Source: Mobula hypostoma (Eukaryota). From it: a stretch of DNA of 64,000 nucleotides. Position numbers and translations under genes: made by a program. The stretch covers positions 9,300,001 to 9,364,000 of the forward strand of contig NC_086120.1 in NCBI RefSeq assembly GCF_963921235.1. Reading direction: 5' to 3'. The notes beneath the pieces were generated by a model. The model ran no database searches and was not told the DNA's origin. It was given only the letters and a program-made list of their open reading frames with translations. Shown here piece after piece: positions 8,926 to 23,878 of this stretch. Numbering within the stretch: position 1 is the stretch's first letter; each line of letters begins with the position of its first letter.

Positions 8926-11895
8926 CTCTCGCCGGCTCCAACACCTCAGGGCATATTCAAAACCCGGACTCCAGCAACGACCAAGGATCCTGCCATTGAT
9001 CTCGCCGGCTCCAACACCTCAGGGCATATTCAAAACCCGGACTCCAGCAACGACCATGGACACATTCACAGTGATTGCGCAACCACCAACTGCGGCTCCA
9101 GCCTTGAACTCCAGGCCGGGTCTTTATGTGCTGCTGTTGTGACTCCCGACTCCCCTTCTCCCACCACTACTCCACAGCCCCGTCTCCCTCAGATCCCACC
9201 GTCAACTCCTGGGCCCTCAGAGGCTCCATCTTCCTCTCACCCCAACCCTCCCCTCTCCATTGACACCCCCAGCCTCCCCCCTCCCCCCTCTGATCCCAGC
9301 TCTCATCCGTGCCGGGTCTTTACCATCCCCTCCGACCTTCAACTGTCTGAGGCAGAACGCTCTGTTCTCAGTAAGGGCCTCACGTTTGTCCCCCTTCGCC
9401 CACACCTCAGCGAGTTCCGTGTTCGCCATGATGCGGAACTTTTCTTCCGCCGTCTCCGTCTCCAAGCCTACTTCTTCGGCAAGGACTCTTCCACCCCCAC
9501 CGATGACCCCTTCTCCTGTCTTCAACCCTCCTCTTCTTCATGGACACCCTGCTCTGGTCTTCTGCCTGCTCTGGATCTCTTTATCGCTAATTGCCGACGG
9601 GACATCAACCGTCTCGACTTCACCGCACCTTGTCCCCACTCCAACCTCACTCCTTCGGAACGCTCTGCTCTCCACTCCCTCCGCACTAATCCTAACCTTA
9701 TTATTAAACCCGCCGATAAGGGGGGTGCTGTTGTAGTCTGGCGTACTGACCTCTACTTTGCCGAGGCACAGCGACAACTCGCGGATACCTCCTCTTATTT
9801 ACCCCTCGATCGTGACCCCACTAAGGAGCACTAGGCCATTGTCTCCCACACCATCACCGACTTTATCCGCTCAGGGGATCTCCCATCCACTGCTACCAAC
9901 CTTATAGTTCCCACACCCCGCACTTCCCGTTTCTACCTCCTACCCAAGATCCACAAACCTGCCTGTCCTGGCCGACCTATTGTCTCAGCTTGCTCCTGCC
10001 CCACCGAACTCGTTTCTGCATACCTCGACACGGTTTTATCACCCCTTGTTCAATCCCTTCCGACCTATGTTCGTGACACTTCTCACGCTCTTAAACTTTT
10101 CGATGATTTTAAGTTCCCTGGCCCCCACCGCTTTATTTTCACCATGGATGTCCAGTCCTTATATACTTCCATCCCCCATCAGGATGGTCTCAAAGCTCTC
10201 TGCTTCTTTTTGGATTCCAGACCTAATCAGTTCCCCTCTACCACCACTCTGCTCCGTCTAGCGGAATTAGTCCCTACTCTTAATAATTTCTCCTTTGGCT
10301 CCTCCCACTTCCTCCAAACTAAAGGTGTAGCTATGGGCACCCGTATGGGTCCTAGCTATGCCTGCCTTTTTGTTGGCTTTGTGGAACAATCTATGTTCCG
10401 TGCCTATTCTGGTATCTATCCCCCACTTTTCCTTCGCTACATCGACGACTGCATTGGCGCTGCTTCCTGCACGCATGCAGAATTCGTTGACTTTATTAAC
10501 TTTGCATCCAACTTTCACCCTGCCCTCAAGTTTACCTGGTCCATTTCCGCCACCTCCCTCCCCTTTCTAGATCTTTCTGTCTCTGTCTCTGGAGACAGCT
10601 TATCCACTGATGTCTACTATAAACCTACTGACTCTCACAGCTATCTGGACTCTTCCTCTTCTCACCCTGTCTCTTGCAAAAACGCCATCCCCTTCTCGCA
10701 ATTCCTCCGTCTCCGCCGCATCTGCTCTCAGGATGAGGCTTTTCATTGTAGGACGAGGGAGATGTCTTCCTTTTTTAAAGAAAGGGGCTTCCCTTCCTCC
10801 ACTATTAATTCTGCTCTTAAATGCATCTCCCCCATTTCACGTACATCTGCTCTCACTCCATCCTCCCGCCACCCCACTAGGAATAGGGTTCCCCTGGTCC
10901 TCACCTACCAACCTCCGGGTCCAACATATTATTCTCCGTAACTTCCGCCACCTCCAACGGGATCCCACCACGAAGCACATCTTTCCCTCCCCCCCCCCCC
11001 CCCGCTGCATTCCGCAGGGATCGCTCCCTACGCAACTCCCTTGTCCATTCGTTCCCCCCCCCCCATCCCTCCCCACTGATCTCCCTCCTGGCACTTATCC
11101 GTGTAAGCGGAACAAGTGCTACACATGCCCTTACACTTCCTCCCTTACCACCATTTAGGGCCCCAGACAGTCCTTCCAGGTGAGGCAACACTTCACCTGT
11201 GAGTCGACTGGGGTGATATACTGCGTCCGGTGCTCCCGATGTGGCCTTTTATATATTGGCGAGACCCGACGCAGACTGGGAGACCGCTTTGCTGAATATC
11301 TACGCTCTGTCCGCCAGAGAAAGCAGGATCTCCCAGCGGCCACACATTTTAATTCCACATCTCATTCCCATTCTGACATGTCTATCCACGGCCTCCTCTA
11401 CTGTAAAGATGAAGCCACACTCAGGTTGGAGGAACAACACCTTATATTCCGTCTGGGTAGCCTCCAACCTGATGGCATGAACATCGACTTCTCTAACTTC
11501 CGCTAAGGCCCCACCTCCCCCTCGTACCCCATCTGTTACTTATTTTTATGCACACATTCTTTCTCTCACTCTCCTTTTTCTCCCTCTGTCCCTCTGAATA
11601 TACCTCTTGCCCTTCCTCTGGGTCCCCCCCCCCTTGTATTTCTTCCCGGACCTCCTGTCCCATGATCCTCTCGTATCCCCTTTTGCCTATCACCTGTCCA
11701 GCTCTTGGATCTATCCCTCCCCCTCCTGTCTTCTCCTATCATTTTGGATCTCCCCCTCCCCCTCCGACTTTCAAATCCCTTACGCACTCTTCCTTCAGTT
11801 AGTCCTGACGAAGGGTCTCGGCCTGAAACGTCAACTGCACCTCTTCCTAGAGATGCTGCCTGGCCTGCTGCGTTCACCAGCAACTTTGATGTGTG
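8926..11895 (+). mobile_element. Penelope-like retroelement (RT + GIY-YIG), disabled
   Basis: 12-bp TSD CTGCCTGCATTG (8914-8925/11896-11907). Motifs KGLTFVP, IKPADKGGAVV, LPKIHK, RPIVS, MDVQSLYTSIP, GVAMGTRMGPSYA, RYIDD, VIYCVRCSRCGLLYIGET. Stops at ~9832 and ~11156 and a frameshifting deletion at ~10908. Confidence 0.95.
11801..11836 (+). ncRNA. Minimal type-I hammerhead ribozyme motif in Penelope 3' repeat (stem I mismatch)
   Basis: AGTC-CTGACGA-AGGGTCTCGGCCT-GAAAC-GTC-AACT. Confidence 0.7.
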
Positions 11896-14800
11896 CTGCC
11901 TGCATTGTTGACATTTTACCGCTGGAGCAAAACCGGAGCCTGGTTAGGTCAAGAGAAGGAACTGTCTTTCGTTGTGTGGAATTGTCTCTCTGTGTCCATG
12001 CCTTTGCTAGGTGGGTCCGGCCATTTGCTGCCACCTTGTGTTGGGATCTGTCTCTTCATGTTCAGTGTTCTGTGTATCAGTCCTGGCCCTATGTCCTGTT
12101 CCCAAGGAGGGGTCCTGGCTCTGTTATGCGTGTGAGTCCCAGCCTACGTCCTGTTTCCAAGAAGGGGTCCTGGCTCTGTGTTCTGTGCTCCTGTCTCTTC
12201 TAGTCCAACGCTCAGTGCTCCTGAAGACCATTGTCCAGTCTGTGCCTAGTCCTGTCCTATCCAAGTCCTGTCCATGTGCCTTTACCTGTCCTTGTGTCTC
12301 GCCCTACCCAGGAGTTCCTCACCCAAGCCATGTCCAGCCCTGTAGCCACGTCTTGTCCTCGCCCAGTTCTGGTGTCCAAACCTGAGTCAAGTCCCAGGTT
12401 CTGGGTCCTTGCCCAGTCTCTGGCTCAAAGTCCATACCCCAGCCTGGAGGCCTCGCGACCAAGACCCCAGGCCTGTCTCCAAGCCTCGAGACCAAGACCC
12501 CAGCCTCCAGTCCTGCAGTCATGTCATATCCATGCCTGGTTCTGGGGCCCGAGCCCCAGGCAAGACCCAGGCTCTGGGTCCTTGTTCAGTCTCTGGCTTG
12601 GGGTCCAAGCCCTAGCCTGCATTCTTGTCCCTGCTCCTTGTCTGTATCCTGTCATGTCCCTACTCTAGTCAAGTCCTGTTCCTTGTACTTCAGTGTCTGT
12701 GTCTTGCATTTGGGTCCGCTACCAGCGCACCTCTTGCGACACACTTGGCTTTTCAATATTCGATAGAATTCAATTTGATCCCTTCCTCATTCTTCTAAAC
12801 TCCAGTGAGTCCAGGTTCAGAGCCATCAAACACCCATCATATGTTAACCTTTTCATTCCAGCGAGCACTCTCATGAACCTCTTCTACATTGCCAGTACAT
12901 CTTTTTCCAGTTAGGGGGGACCAAAACTGCTGACTGTACTCACCTTGTGTGGTCTGACTAATACCTTGTAAATCTTCAACATTACAACTTTGCTTTTATA
13001 TTGTATCCTCTCAAAATGAATGCTAAAATTGTATTTGTCTTCCTTACTACTGACTTGCCTCAGGGAATTCTGCACGATGACTCCCAAGTCCCTTTGCACC
13101 TCTGATTTCTGAACTTTTTCCCTTGTTAAGAAAATAGTCTAAATCTTTATTCCTTCTCCCAAAGTGCATAGTCATGCACTCCCTTATGTCTTCCATCTCC
13201 CACTTCTTTGCCCATTTTCCTAATTTGTCAATGTCCTTCTGCATATTCCCTGCTTCCTCAACACAACCTGCCCCTCCACCTATCTTTGTATCGTCCACAA
13301 ACTTGCCCATAAAACTATCAATTTCATCATCTAAGTCATTAATGTAGAAATGGAAAAGAAGTGGTCCCAACACTGACCCCTGCAGAACAACACCAGTCAT
13401 TGCAGTCAGCTACGAAAAGCCCTTTTTATTCCCATACTTTGCTTCCTGCCTGTCAGCCAATCTTCTATCCATGTGCTCTCATCAAAGGCCTCGGAAAATC
13501 CTTTAAAAAAACATACACTAACTTTCCTTAGTCGATCCTGCTCTTATTTATTCAAAGAATTCCAACTGATTTTTCAGGCAAGATTTCCCATTGAGGAAAC
13601 CATGCTGATTTTAGCCTGTTTTATCCTGTGTCTCCAAGTACCCCAAAACCTCACCCTGAAGAATTGACTCTAACATCTTGCCAACCACCAAAGGCAGACA
13701 AACTGGCTTATATTTTCCTGTCTTTTACATCCCTCCTTTCTTAAAGAGTGGAGTAACATTTGCAATTTTCCAGTCCTCCAAAGTCATCCCAGAATCAAAT
13801 GATTCTTGAAAAATGACTACTAATGCCTCCACAATCTTTAAGCCGCCTCTTTCAGAACCTGTGGTGTAGTCCATCTGGATCAGGTGGCTCATCTATCAGG
13901 TCCAGGTAGCTTATCTGAGTTCAGCATTCTGTGTTTCTATTAAAAGGACCACTGCTGAGATCACATCTGGTATACTGCAAAAGCTCTTTGAATTCCTTTT
14001 GCCATCTGCAAGCCTACTAATCAGACACGCTATATTTTCATCCAAGTCATTTGCTGTACATCGTAAAAACAGAGGTCCCAGCTCAGATACCTGTGGAACA
14101 CCAATGGCCATAGTCATCAACTTGGATATTGCCCCTCCACTACTACACTCCGTCTTTTATGGCAAGCTCATTTTAAATCCAGTCCACAAATCATCATGGA
14201 TCCAATGTGAATTAATCTTCTGCATCAGGATTCCCTGAAGGAGCTTATCAAATGCCTTCCAAAAATTTGTGTAGAGAACATTTACTGCTCGACCCTCATC
14301 AATCATCTTTGTCACCTCCCCGAACACCTCAGTCTATTCTGTAAGGCATGATCTGCCCTGCACAAAGCCATCCTGACTATTAGTAATAAGCCCATACTTT
14401 TCCAAATGCAACGAAATCCAATGCCTAAGATTCCTCTCCGATAGCTTTACTACCTGAATGGAGGAACCCTGCTTTTTCTCTCTAATCTCCCCTTTCACTG
14501 GATTCAGTACTCTGATGTGTAGATCATCTTGTGAAGGAAGGTGAGGTCTGTGTCCACTGGAGTTTTGAAGACTTAGAGGGAAATTGATTGGATCATCATC
14601 TCCTGGTGGGTCCTGGCAGGGTGGCTATGGGCAGGATGTTTACTCTTTTAGGAGTATCTGGAACAAATTGTTAGTGTTTAAAAATCGAGGGCTGTCCATT
14701 TAGGACAGACGTGAAGGTAAATTTATTTCTCTCTCAGAGGGTCATAAACCTTTGTATATTTTTCTCTCAAGGGGCTTTGGAAGCAAAATCAATTGATACT

Positions 14801-16934
14801 TTCAAATTAGGAAGAGGGTGAAAGGTTACCTGGAATATAGAGTATTCGAACCTTAAGATTTCAATAAGATCAGCCATAATGTGACTGAATATCAGAGCAG
14901 GTTCAAGGCGATGAACAATCTACTTCATCTAAATCAATGTTCATGTGGAAATTTACCTAAATGCATTCATGACACATCACTGAAGATTGCGCATGACTGA
15001 GCAATACTGGACCTCACTTCAAAATAGCTTCATGCAGCCACCTCTTGGACAATTCTATCCATTGTTCAGTTGGTAGCCAAGTACCAACTCAGATCTGATT
15101 GGCAGGGGTTCGTGGAATCTTCCTGCTCATCACGAGGAAGGACTTGGGCTAGTCCAACTTAGTGGAGTTGTCAGGAGCTGGCCAAGTGTTTGAACACCTG
15201 CAATACTGACTCCAGGTTAAACTACATCCTTGTCTGGAAGAAGTGTTCTCCTTCCTAAGTGCTCTTTCATTCGTTGTGTTAAGTCGGACCCCAGGTTCAA
15301 TTTCCCACATCACAGGCACTGCAGCACTAGGTTCCTGGGAAAGAAAACACAATCACCAAATATCCACAATGCAATGGTCAAGCCCCACCACTCCCACCTG
15401 AAAAATCTCAAAGCAACCTATTCCCAGTTAGTGATATCTCAGTGCCCCCTACAGGAGGAAGATAATTATCATTTGTACTAATTTTATACTGAAAAATTAT
15501 CAGTAACCAAATATGACAGCAGTAACTGCAATTGTAATTTAGCAAAACACATAATGAGGCCATTCAGCCCATTGGATCCATAGGAGCTCCCAGCAGCAAA
15601 ACCTCATTGATGCCAGTTCCGTTTTACTCACTCGTGCCACCAAGCACCCTTTGGTTCTATTGTTGCTTCATTGCACTAAGGGGAAATAGACAGTCCCATA
15701 TCCACACGGTGCAACAAACATTGAGCATCAGTAGGTAACTCAAGTGGTCACAGAGAGAACATACAAATTTCACAAGGATAAGCTCAGGATCAAATCCAGG
15801 TCGCTGAAGCTGTGAGATACCAGCACGGCACCACACCCCTCACATGTTACCTAAGCATACTTGTACCTAGCTTCCCAATGCATGGCCCACTGCTTCTGTA
15901 GGAAGTAGATGGGAATAAGGGGGAACCTGTGAAGCCCTGAGACTGGTGAGTTCTGTTACACTCTGCACTGTTTTGCCAAAACCAGCTGCAGTCCAAACCA
16001 GTGGGCTGATCAATTGTGGGATAACAATTGGAGAGTCAGTGAGGGGAGAGGAATGACTGCAGATTTATTCCACCCCACTCTGTAGTAAACTGCTGAAGGA
16101 CATATTCCACAACTGATCATTACATCGAGGACAGTGCAGGTAGTGAAATCCCGCATGGTTTCAGTGGTCTGAACCTGGCTGGAATCAGTCTGGATGAGTA
16201 GGATCGCGTTTCACTGCAAGGCTCCTTCAGAAGCATCATTAAAACAAATGACCAGCCCATGGGGACAAAACAAGCTGGATTCCACCTCCCCATCCCACTC
16301 CAATGTTATTCATTACCCTGACCAGTTTCTTTGTCATCTCTGGTACGGATACTGGAACATCCAGCCCAATGTCACTGTACAAGTATACATATTATACACA
16401 TTTTGGAGGGTTGTAAAGGCAGCTGTGACTGAGCTGGTCAAACACAAGTAATTTCCTCAAACCCCCACCCCCCACCAGTAGCCTCAAAATTCTCATTGTC
16501 CCTGTCTGGCTCTGCTGACATTATGCTTATCGGGTGCACGTTAGGCTAATGCACAGTGAGGGCACTTTTGTTTGTACTTGCCCCTCCAGGACACTGGCAT
16601 TCGATGATGCGTCATGTGTGTTGTTGCTTCCAGTTTCAGGAATAGCCCCTGATTGATGAGCGGGATGAAGAAGGATGTGAAATCGTGTGTTTTGGTTTTG
16701 TGTAGTTGCTCAGGCTCATGGTAATAGCACCACCTCCTCCCCCCCCCCCCCCCCCCCCACACCACCACATTTCATTGATAAATTGTCCCTCTATGGTCGG
16801 GAGACTGCGCCTGTCTGTAAATGGAGTAGCAGCAGTTATTGTGCTGCTCCCAGTCTTGTTCCTTTCCCCCTAGTTTAAACTTCGAATTTAAAATTTTTAT
16901 TTGCTGATCTTGAAGGGGAACAATATGTCTATGT

Positions 16935-18575
<1,641 letters not shown>

Positions 18576-19724
18576 ATCTATGTCTACAAGGAGTGGGAAG
18601 AACTTGTCTGAACCTGGTGATAAAGGCAATGGGAAAGGAAAGGTGCAAAAGGAAAGATCTGATGGAATGCCATCGTGGGCTGAAGATATCGCTCGGACAC
18701 TGAATTCAATTAAAGATCAGAATGGGTCAATTAAAGACCAACTGGAAAAGAATAGTAATGAAATGAAGTCATTTCTGGGAAAACTTAAAGACCTGGAAAC
18801 TTAAGTTATTACACACGAAGAGGAATTGAAGATAACTAAGGAAAAATTGTTTGAAACTACAACTCGTTTGGAAAGATATCAAAATAAGATTATAGACCTG
18901 GAAACTAGGTCTTGCCGAAGGAATATACGAATTGTTGGGCTGAAAGAAGGAGCCGAAGATGGAGATTTAATTGCTTTCTTTGGTAAGCTTTTTCATACCT
19001 CATTTCCTACCGTATTATCACAGCCGCCTACTACACAAAAAGCACACAGAGCTTTTACTTCGAAATCTAAAGTTCCAAATAAACCAAGGTCTGTTCTGAT
19101 TTGTTTTCATCACTTTAAAATTAAAGATCAAATAATATGACAGGCAAGAAAACAGAGTTTTTGGATTTAAGGAATCTGAGCTCCATTTTTATGAGGATTA
19201 TCCGAAGGAGGTAATGGAACAAAGATCAAAATTTGCTCTGGTAATGAAATAGGCATATGATAAGAAACTGTTCCCTTCCTTGCGTTACCCAACAAGAATT
19301 AAAGTTTTTCCTCCTAATTCTCCTCCTCGTACATTTTTTGATCCTAAAGTTGCACTGGTGTTTGTTCAAACTATACCTGCTGCAGCTGCCGAATGGACTG
19401 TCTGGAAGACTGCTTGGTTATCTGTATATTATTGGCATTTCCGAAAGAAGATTTATGAAGGTTACTTGGATACTTCATCGAGAGACTATTAAAAGAAGAC
19501 AAGCGGATTTGTTCGTTATTGCATATCATTGGTTTTATTGGAAAGAAGATTTATAGTTCAAGTATGACTGTTTAAATGGTTATTTGGACACTCGACTGAG
19601 AAAAAGAAGATAAAGGAACTTGTTCCTTTAACCTAATATCTGACTTGATTTTTTTTTTTGTTTCTTTCTTAATTAATTGGTAGTTTTTCCTACCAATGGG
19701 GCTATTTTATATATATATATTAAG

Positions 19725-19995
19725 CGATCGCTCTCACTGGAGGCTGGAACTACGCTGAGGTCTAAAAAGAGGAGAAGAGAAGCTGAGGCTTGCTGCTGAA
19801 GAAAAGCGCATTTGTCGGAAAAATAGCACCAAGACAACACTGGAGGACAGCGCCTTCAAGTGTGGTCGCTGCAGCCGAGACTGTCACTCCCATATGGGCC
19901 TCTACAGCCACAACAGACGCTGCTCTAACACAGACTGAAACAAGACTTTCCAGGCACAGATCCATAGTCTCGCGAGACTAACAGATGCCACCACT
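19725..19995 (+). mobile_element. RTE (BovB/Expander-like) 3' fragment in the L1 inter-ORF region
   Basis: Encodes FKCGRCSRDCHSHMGLYSHNRRC followed by the ccatagtctcgcgagac 3' motif. Confidence 0.65.
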
Positions 19996-21030
19996 CATTG
20001 AGGGGAGTGTTCGATTACTTATGTAATATTACTAGTTGGTATTTTTGAAAATTTAGTTGGGTTAAATATGCTATTAACCTTTTTTTGCTTTATTATAGCG
20101 TCTTCTAACCAAATTTAAAGCTTTTTTTTAGGGACTTAATGTTAAATTTAAGATGGCGTGGTTTTTCTTTTTAAGAGATAACTTTTTTTGGTTCTTTCTT
20201 GTTTAAAAAAGATTAAATATTAACATGGATTAGTTTGTAGATGCTGGAATGTAAACAGTTTCCTTTGTTGAGACTTTGTTGTTCCTCTCACAAGGTCAGT
20301 GGGTTTCGTTTTTTTTAACTAGGGGAAGGGAGAGAGAATCTTTTTAAATTATTTTTGTACAGACAGAACAGTCCTTGACTTCGTATTCGATCATAGGGTG
20401 CCTGCTTTTTTTCGGGCTATAGGGGGAGGGGGTGGGGTTAGAGTTAGGGGTTTTTTTCCCATTGGGTGGTTCGGGAGCATGTGTGTTTTCTATCTGGTTG
20501 TATTCTTCATCGCCACCATTTTTCATCATCCCATATTGGTATGTGTTCTGCGCATGTATAAAGTAGAATAAAATTATAGTATGGTATTTAAACGGATTAA
20601 TGTAATAAGTTGGAATGTATGTGGTTGGAATCATCCCATCAAATGAAAAAAGACTTTTAAAATCATTTACCGATTCCAACCTGATATAATTTTTGCCCGA
20701 GACACATATCAGGGCGGGAGATCAAAATAGATTTTTTGAATGGTGGAGGGGTTTGCAATTTCATGCCACTTCTCAGAGTAAACTAAGGGAGTATCCATCT
20801 TTATTAAATCCAATATATTTACTCAAGAGGATATTGAGTCAGATTTTAATGGTAGATTTTCAATTGTTAAAGGAGTAATCTATAACAGAAAAATGTTTTT
20901 GGCAATTTGTACGGTCCTAACTTAGATGACGCAAACAACAGGAATTCTGCAGATGCTGGAAATTCAAGCAACACACATCAAAGTTGTTGGTGAACGCAGC
21001 AGGCCAAGCAGCATCTATAGGAAGAGGCGC

Positions 21031-21066
21031 AGTCGACGTTTCAGGCCGAGACCCTTCCTCAGGACT
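21031..21066 (-). ncRNA. Minimal type-I hammerhead ribozyme motif (minus arm)
   Basis: Reverse complement: AGTC-CTGAGGA-AGGGTCTCGGCCT-GAAAC-GTC-GACT. Confidence 0.75.
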
Positions 21067-22443
21067 AACTGAAGGAAGAGTGAGTAAGGGATTTGAAAGC
21101 TGGAGGGGGAAGGGGAGATGCAAAATGATAGGAGAAGACAGGAGGGGGAGGGATGGAGCCGAGAGCTGGACAGGTGATAGGCAAAAGGGGATACGAGAGG
21201 ATCATGGGACAGGAGGTCCGGGAAGAAAGACAAGGGGGGGGGTGACCCAGAGGATGGGCAAGAGGTATATTCAGAGGGACAGAGGGAGAAAAAGGAGTGA
21301 GAGAAAGAATGTGTGCATAAAAATGAGTAACAGATGGGGTACGAGGGGGAGGTGGGGCCTTAGTGGAAGTTAGAGAAGTCGATGTTCATGCCATCAGGTT
21401 GGAGGCTACCCAGACGGAATATAAGGTGTTGTTCCTCCAACCTGAGTGTGGCTTCATCTTTACAGTTCATCTCCCCCATTTCACGTACATCTGCTCTCAC
21501 TCCATCCTCCCACCACCCCACTAGGAATAGGGTTCCCCTGGTCCTCACCTACCACCCCACCAGCCTCCGGGTCCAACATATTATTCTCCGGAACTTCCGC
21601 CACCTCCAACGGGATCCCACCACTAAGCACATCTTTCCCTCCCCCCCCCTCTGCATTCCACAGGGATCGCTCCCTACACAACTCCCTTGTCCATTTGTCC
21701 CCCCCATCCCTCCCCACTGATCTCCCTCCTGGCACTTATCCATGTAAGCGGAACAAGTGCTACACATGCCCTTACACTTCCTCCCTTACCACCATTCAGG
21801 GCCCCAAACAGTCTTTCCAGGTGAGGCATCACTTCACCTGTGAGTCGACTGGGGTGATATACTGCATTCGGTGCTCCCGATGTGGCCTTTTATATATTGG
21901 TGAGACCCGACGCAGACTGGGAGACCACTTTGCTGAACATCTACGCTCTGTCCGCCAGAGAAAGCAGGATCTCCCAGTGGCCACACATTTTAATTCCACA
22001 TCCCATTCCCATTCTGACATGTCTATCCACAGCCTCCTCTACTGTAAAGATGAAGCCACACTCAGGTTGGAGGAACAACACCTTATATTCCGTCTGGGTA
22101 GCCTCCAACCTGATGGCATGAACATCGACTTCTCTAACTTCCGCTAAGGCCCCAGCTCCCCCTCGTACCCCATCTGTTACTCATTTTTATGCACACATTC
22201 TTTCTCTCACTCCTTTTTCTCCTTCTGTCCCTCTGAATATACCTCTTGCCCATCCTCTGGGTCACCCCTCCCCTCCTTGTCTTTCTTCCCGGACCTCCTG
22301 TCCCATGATCCTCTCGTATCCCCTTTTGCCTATCACCTGTCCAGCTCTTGGCTCCATCCCTCCCCCTCCTGTCTTCTCCTATCATTTTGCATCTCCCCTT
22401 CCCCCTCCAGCTTTCAAATCCCTTACTCACTCTTCCTTCAGTT

Positions 22444-22479
22444 AGTCCTGACGAAGGGTCTCGGCCTGAAACGTCGACT
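22444..22479 (+). ncRNA. Minimal type-I hammerhead ribozyme motif, intact
   Basis: AGTC-CTGACGA-AGGGTCTCGGCCT-GAAAC-GTC-GACT: stem I AGTC/GACT, CUGANGA and GAAA core, GUC cleavage triplet, self-complementary ACGT as stem III. Confidence 0.8.
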
Positions 22480-23878
22480 GCGCCTCTTCCTATAGATGCT
22501 GCTTGGCCTGCTGCGTTCACCAGCAACTTTGATGTGTGTTGCTAACTTAGATGATCCTTCTTTTTTAAAAACGGTATTTGCTATACTGCCTGATTTAAAT
22601 GAATATATGTTGATAATGGGTGGCAGTTTTAACTGTTGTTTAAATCCTTTGATTGAAAAGAGCTCAACCAATCAGTGACTTCCAAATCACTCCGTGTCAC
22701 TTATTAACTCCTTTTTGACAGATTTTGGATTGATTGAACTATGGAGATATTTATACCCTGATGACAGAGAATATTCTTTTTTTTCACATGTTTATAAAAA
22801 ATATTCGATCCTCGCTTCTTGCCTAGTGTTAAGAATTGTGAATATTACGCTATTGCTATATCTGATCATGCGCCTCTGAGTTTATCTTTCAAATTTAATG
22901 ACGTCATTCTTGCCTGCCCACCATGGCGCATGTCTCAGACATTATTGCAGAATTCTGACTTTGTCTGCTTCATTGAAACCCAGATAAAAGATTGTTTTCT
23001 TTTTAATGATATAGGGGGTACGTCTAAATTAATCATATGGGATACTTTTAAAGCATTTTTATGTGGTCAGATCATTTCTTATTCAGCTAAGCTTAAAAAA
23101 CAGACTGAAGTAGAATTAGATAAGATTTCAAAACAAATTAAAGACTTAGATAATATTTATGTAATCTCCCCTAATATTGATTTATTCAAACAAAGGGTCG
23201 AACTTCAATCACAATATAATCTATTATTAACTCATCCTATTGAAGGCTACTTGCTTAAGCTATAGAGCCAATTTTATATGTCTGGAGATAAAAATAACAA
23301 ACTGCTTGCATCTCGATTAAAAACGGCTAGAGCCAAAAGGCAAATTTTGAAAATCCATAGGAAAAATGGTACCCTGGCTTGGGAATATGAAGAAATTAAT
23401 AAGATTTTTCAAGATTTTTATACTGAGCTTTATAAATCTCAATGTCCAGATTCTTCTAAAATGAATGCTTTCTTACGAAAGATTGCTTTTCCTTAAATTT
23501 CTGTTGAGGATCAAAAAACTCTTGATGCCCAAACTACTGAAGCTGAAATTCATAAAGCTGTTTTTTCAATGCAGTCTGGTAAGGCTGATGGCCATCCTGT
23601 AGAATTTTATAAAAAAATTTGAAAAATTGCTTTCTCCGTATTTGTTGGAAGTGTTTAAGGATTCTTTTGTGAAAGGTGATTTACCCTCTCATTTTTATGA
23701 GACTTCTATTTCTTTAATACTTAAAAAGGATAAAGATCCTACTGATTGAGCCTCATATAGACCTATTTCATTATTGAATCTCGATGCTAAGATTCTATCA
23801 AAGATAGTGGCCAATCGGTTGGAGAATATTTTGGGTAAAATTATTTTTAAAGATCAAAGAGGCTTTATAAAGGGTCGT

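Larger units (their letters stand above)
8682..12741 (+). mobile_element. Solo LTR (TG...CA, 5-bp TSD CACTT) interrupted by a Penelope element
   Basis: Begins TGTCATGG and ends GCGACA; CACTT at 8677-8681 and 12742-12746. It has internal short repeats (gggtcctggctct, ccaagaccccag). A related LTR starts at 63718 (minus). Confidence 0.8.
8296..14450 (-). mobile_element. CR1 LINE fragments (minus), interrupted by the solo LTR at 8682-12741
   Basis: 3' tail ccataagaccataagacatagg at ~8298. RT motifs GVVLQGSVLGPLLF/YINDLD/KFVDDTKIGG at 13047-13400 and further RT remnants to ~14450. The sequence is continuous across the LTR. Confidence 0.75.
20930..22541. mobile_element. Penelope fold-back insertion (inverted 3' arm plus forward GIY-YIG/3' part)
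   Basis: 13-bp TSD CTAACTTAGATGA (20917-20929/22542-22554). Arms 20969-21466 and 22041-22541 are reverse complements. The GIY-YIG ORF lies at ~21446-22147. Confidence 0.9.

Noticed and set aside
11548-12668. Many overlapping 60-200 aa ORFs here and at the other Penelope tails
   Set aside because: By-products of pyrimidine-rich terminal repeats and LTR internal repeats; no coding signature.
16737-16756. Long poly-C tract (also at ~10988 and ~60046)
   Set aside because: Simple homopolymers of unreliable length; no functional claim is supportable.
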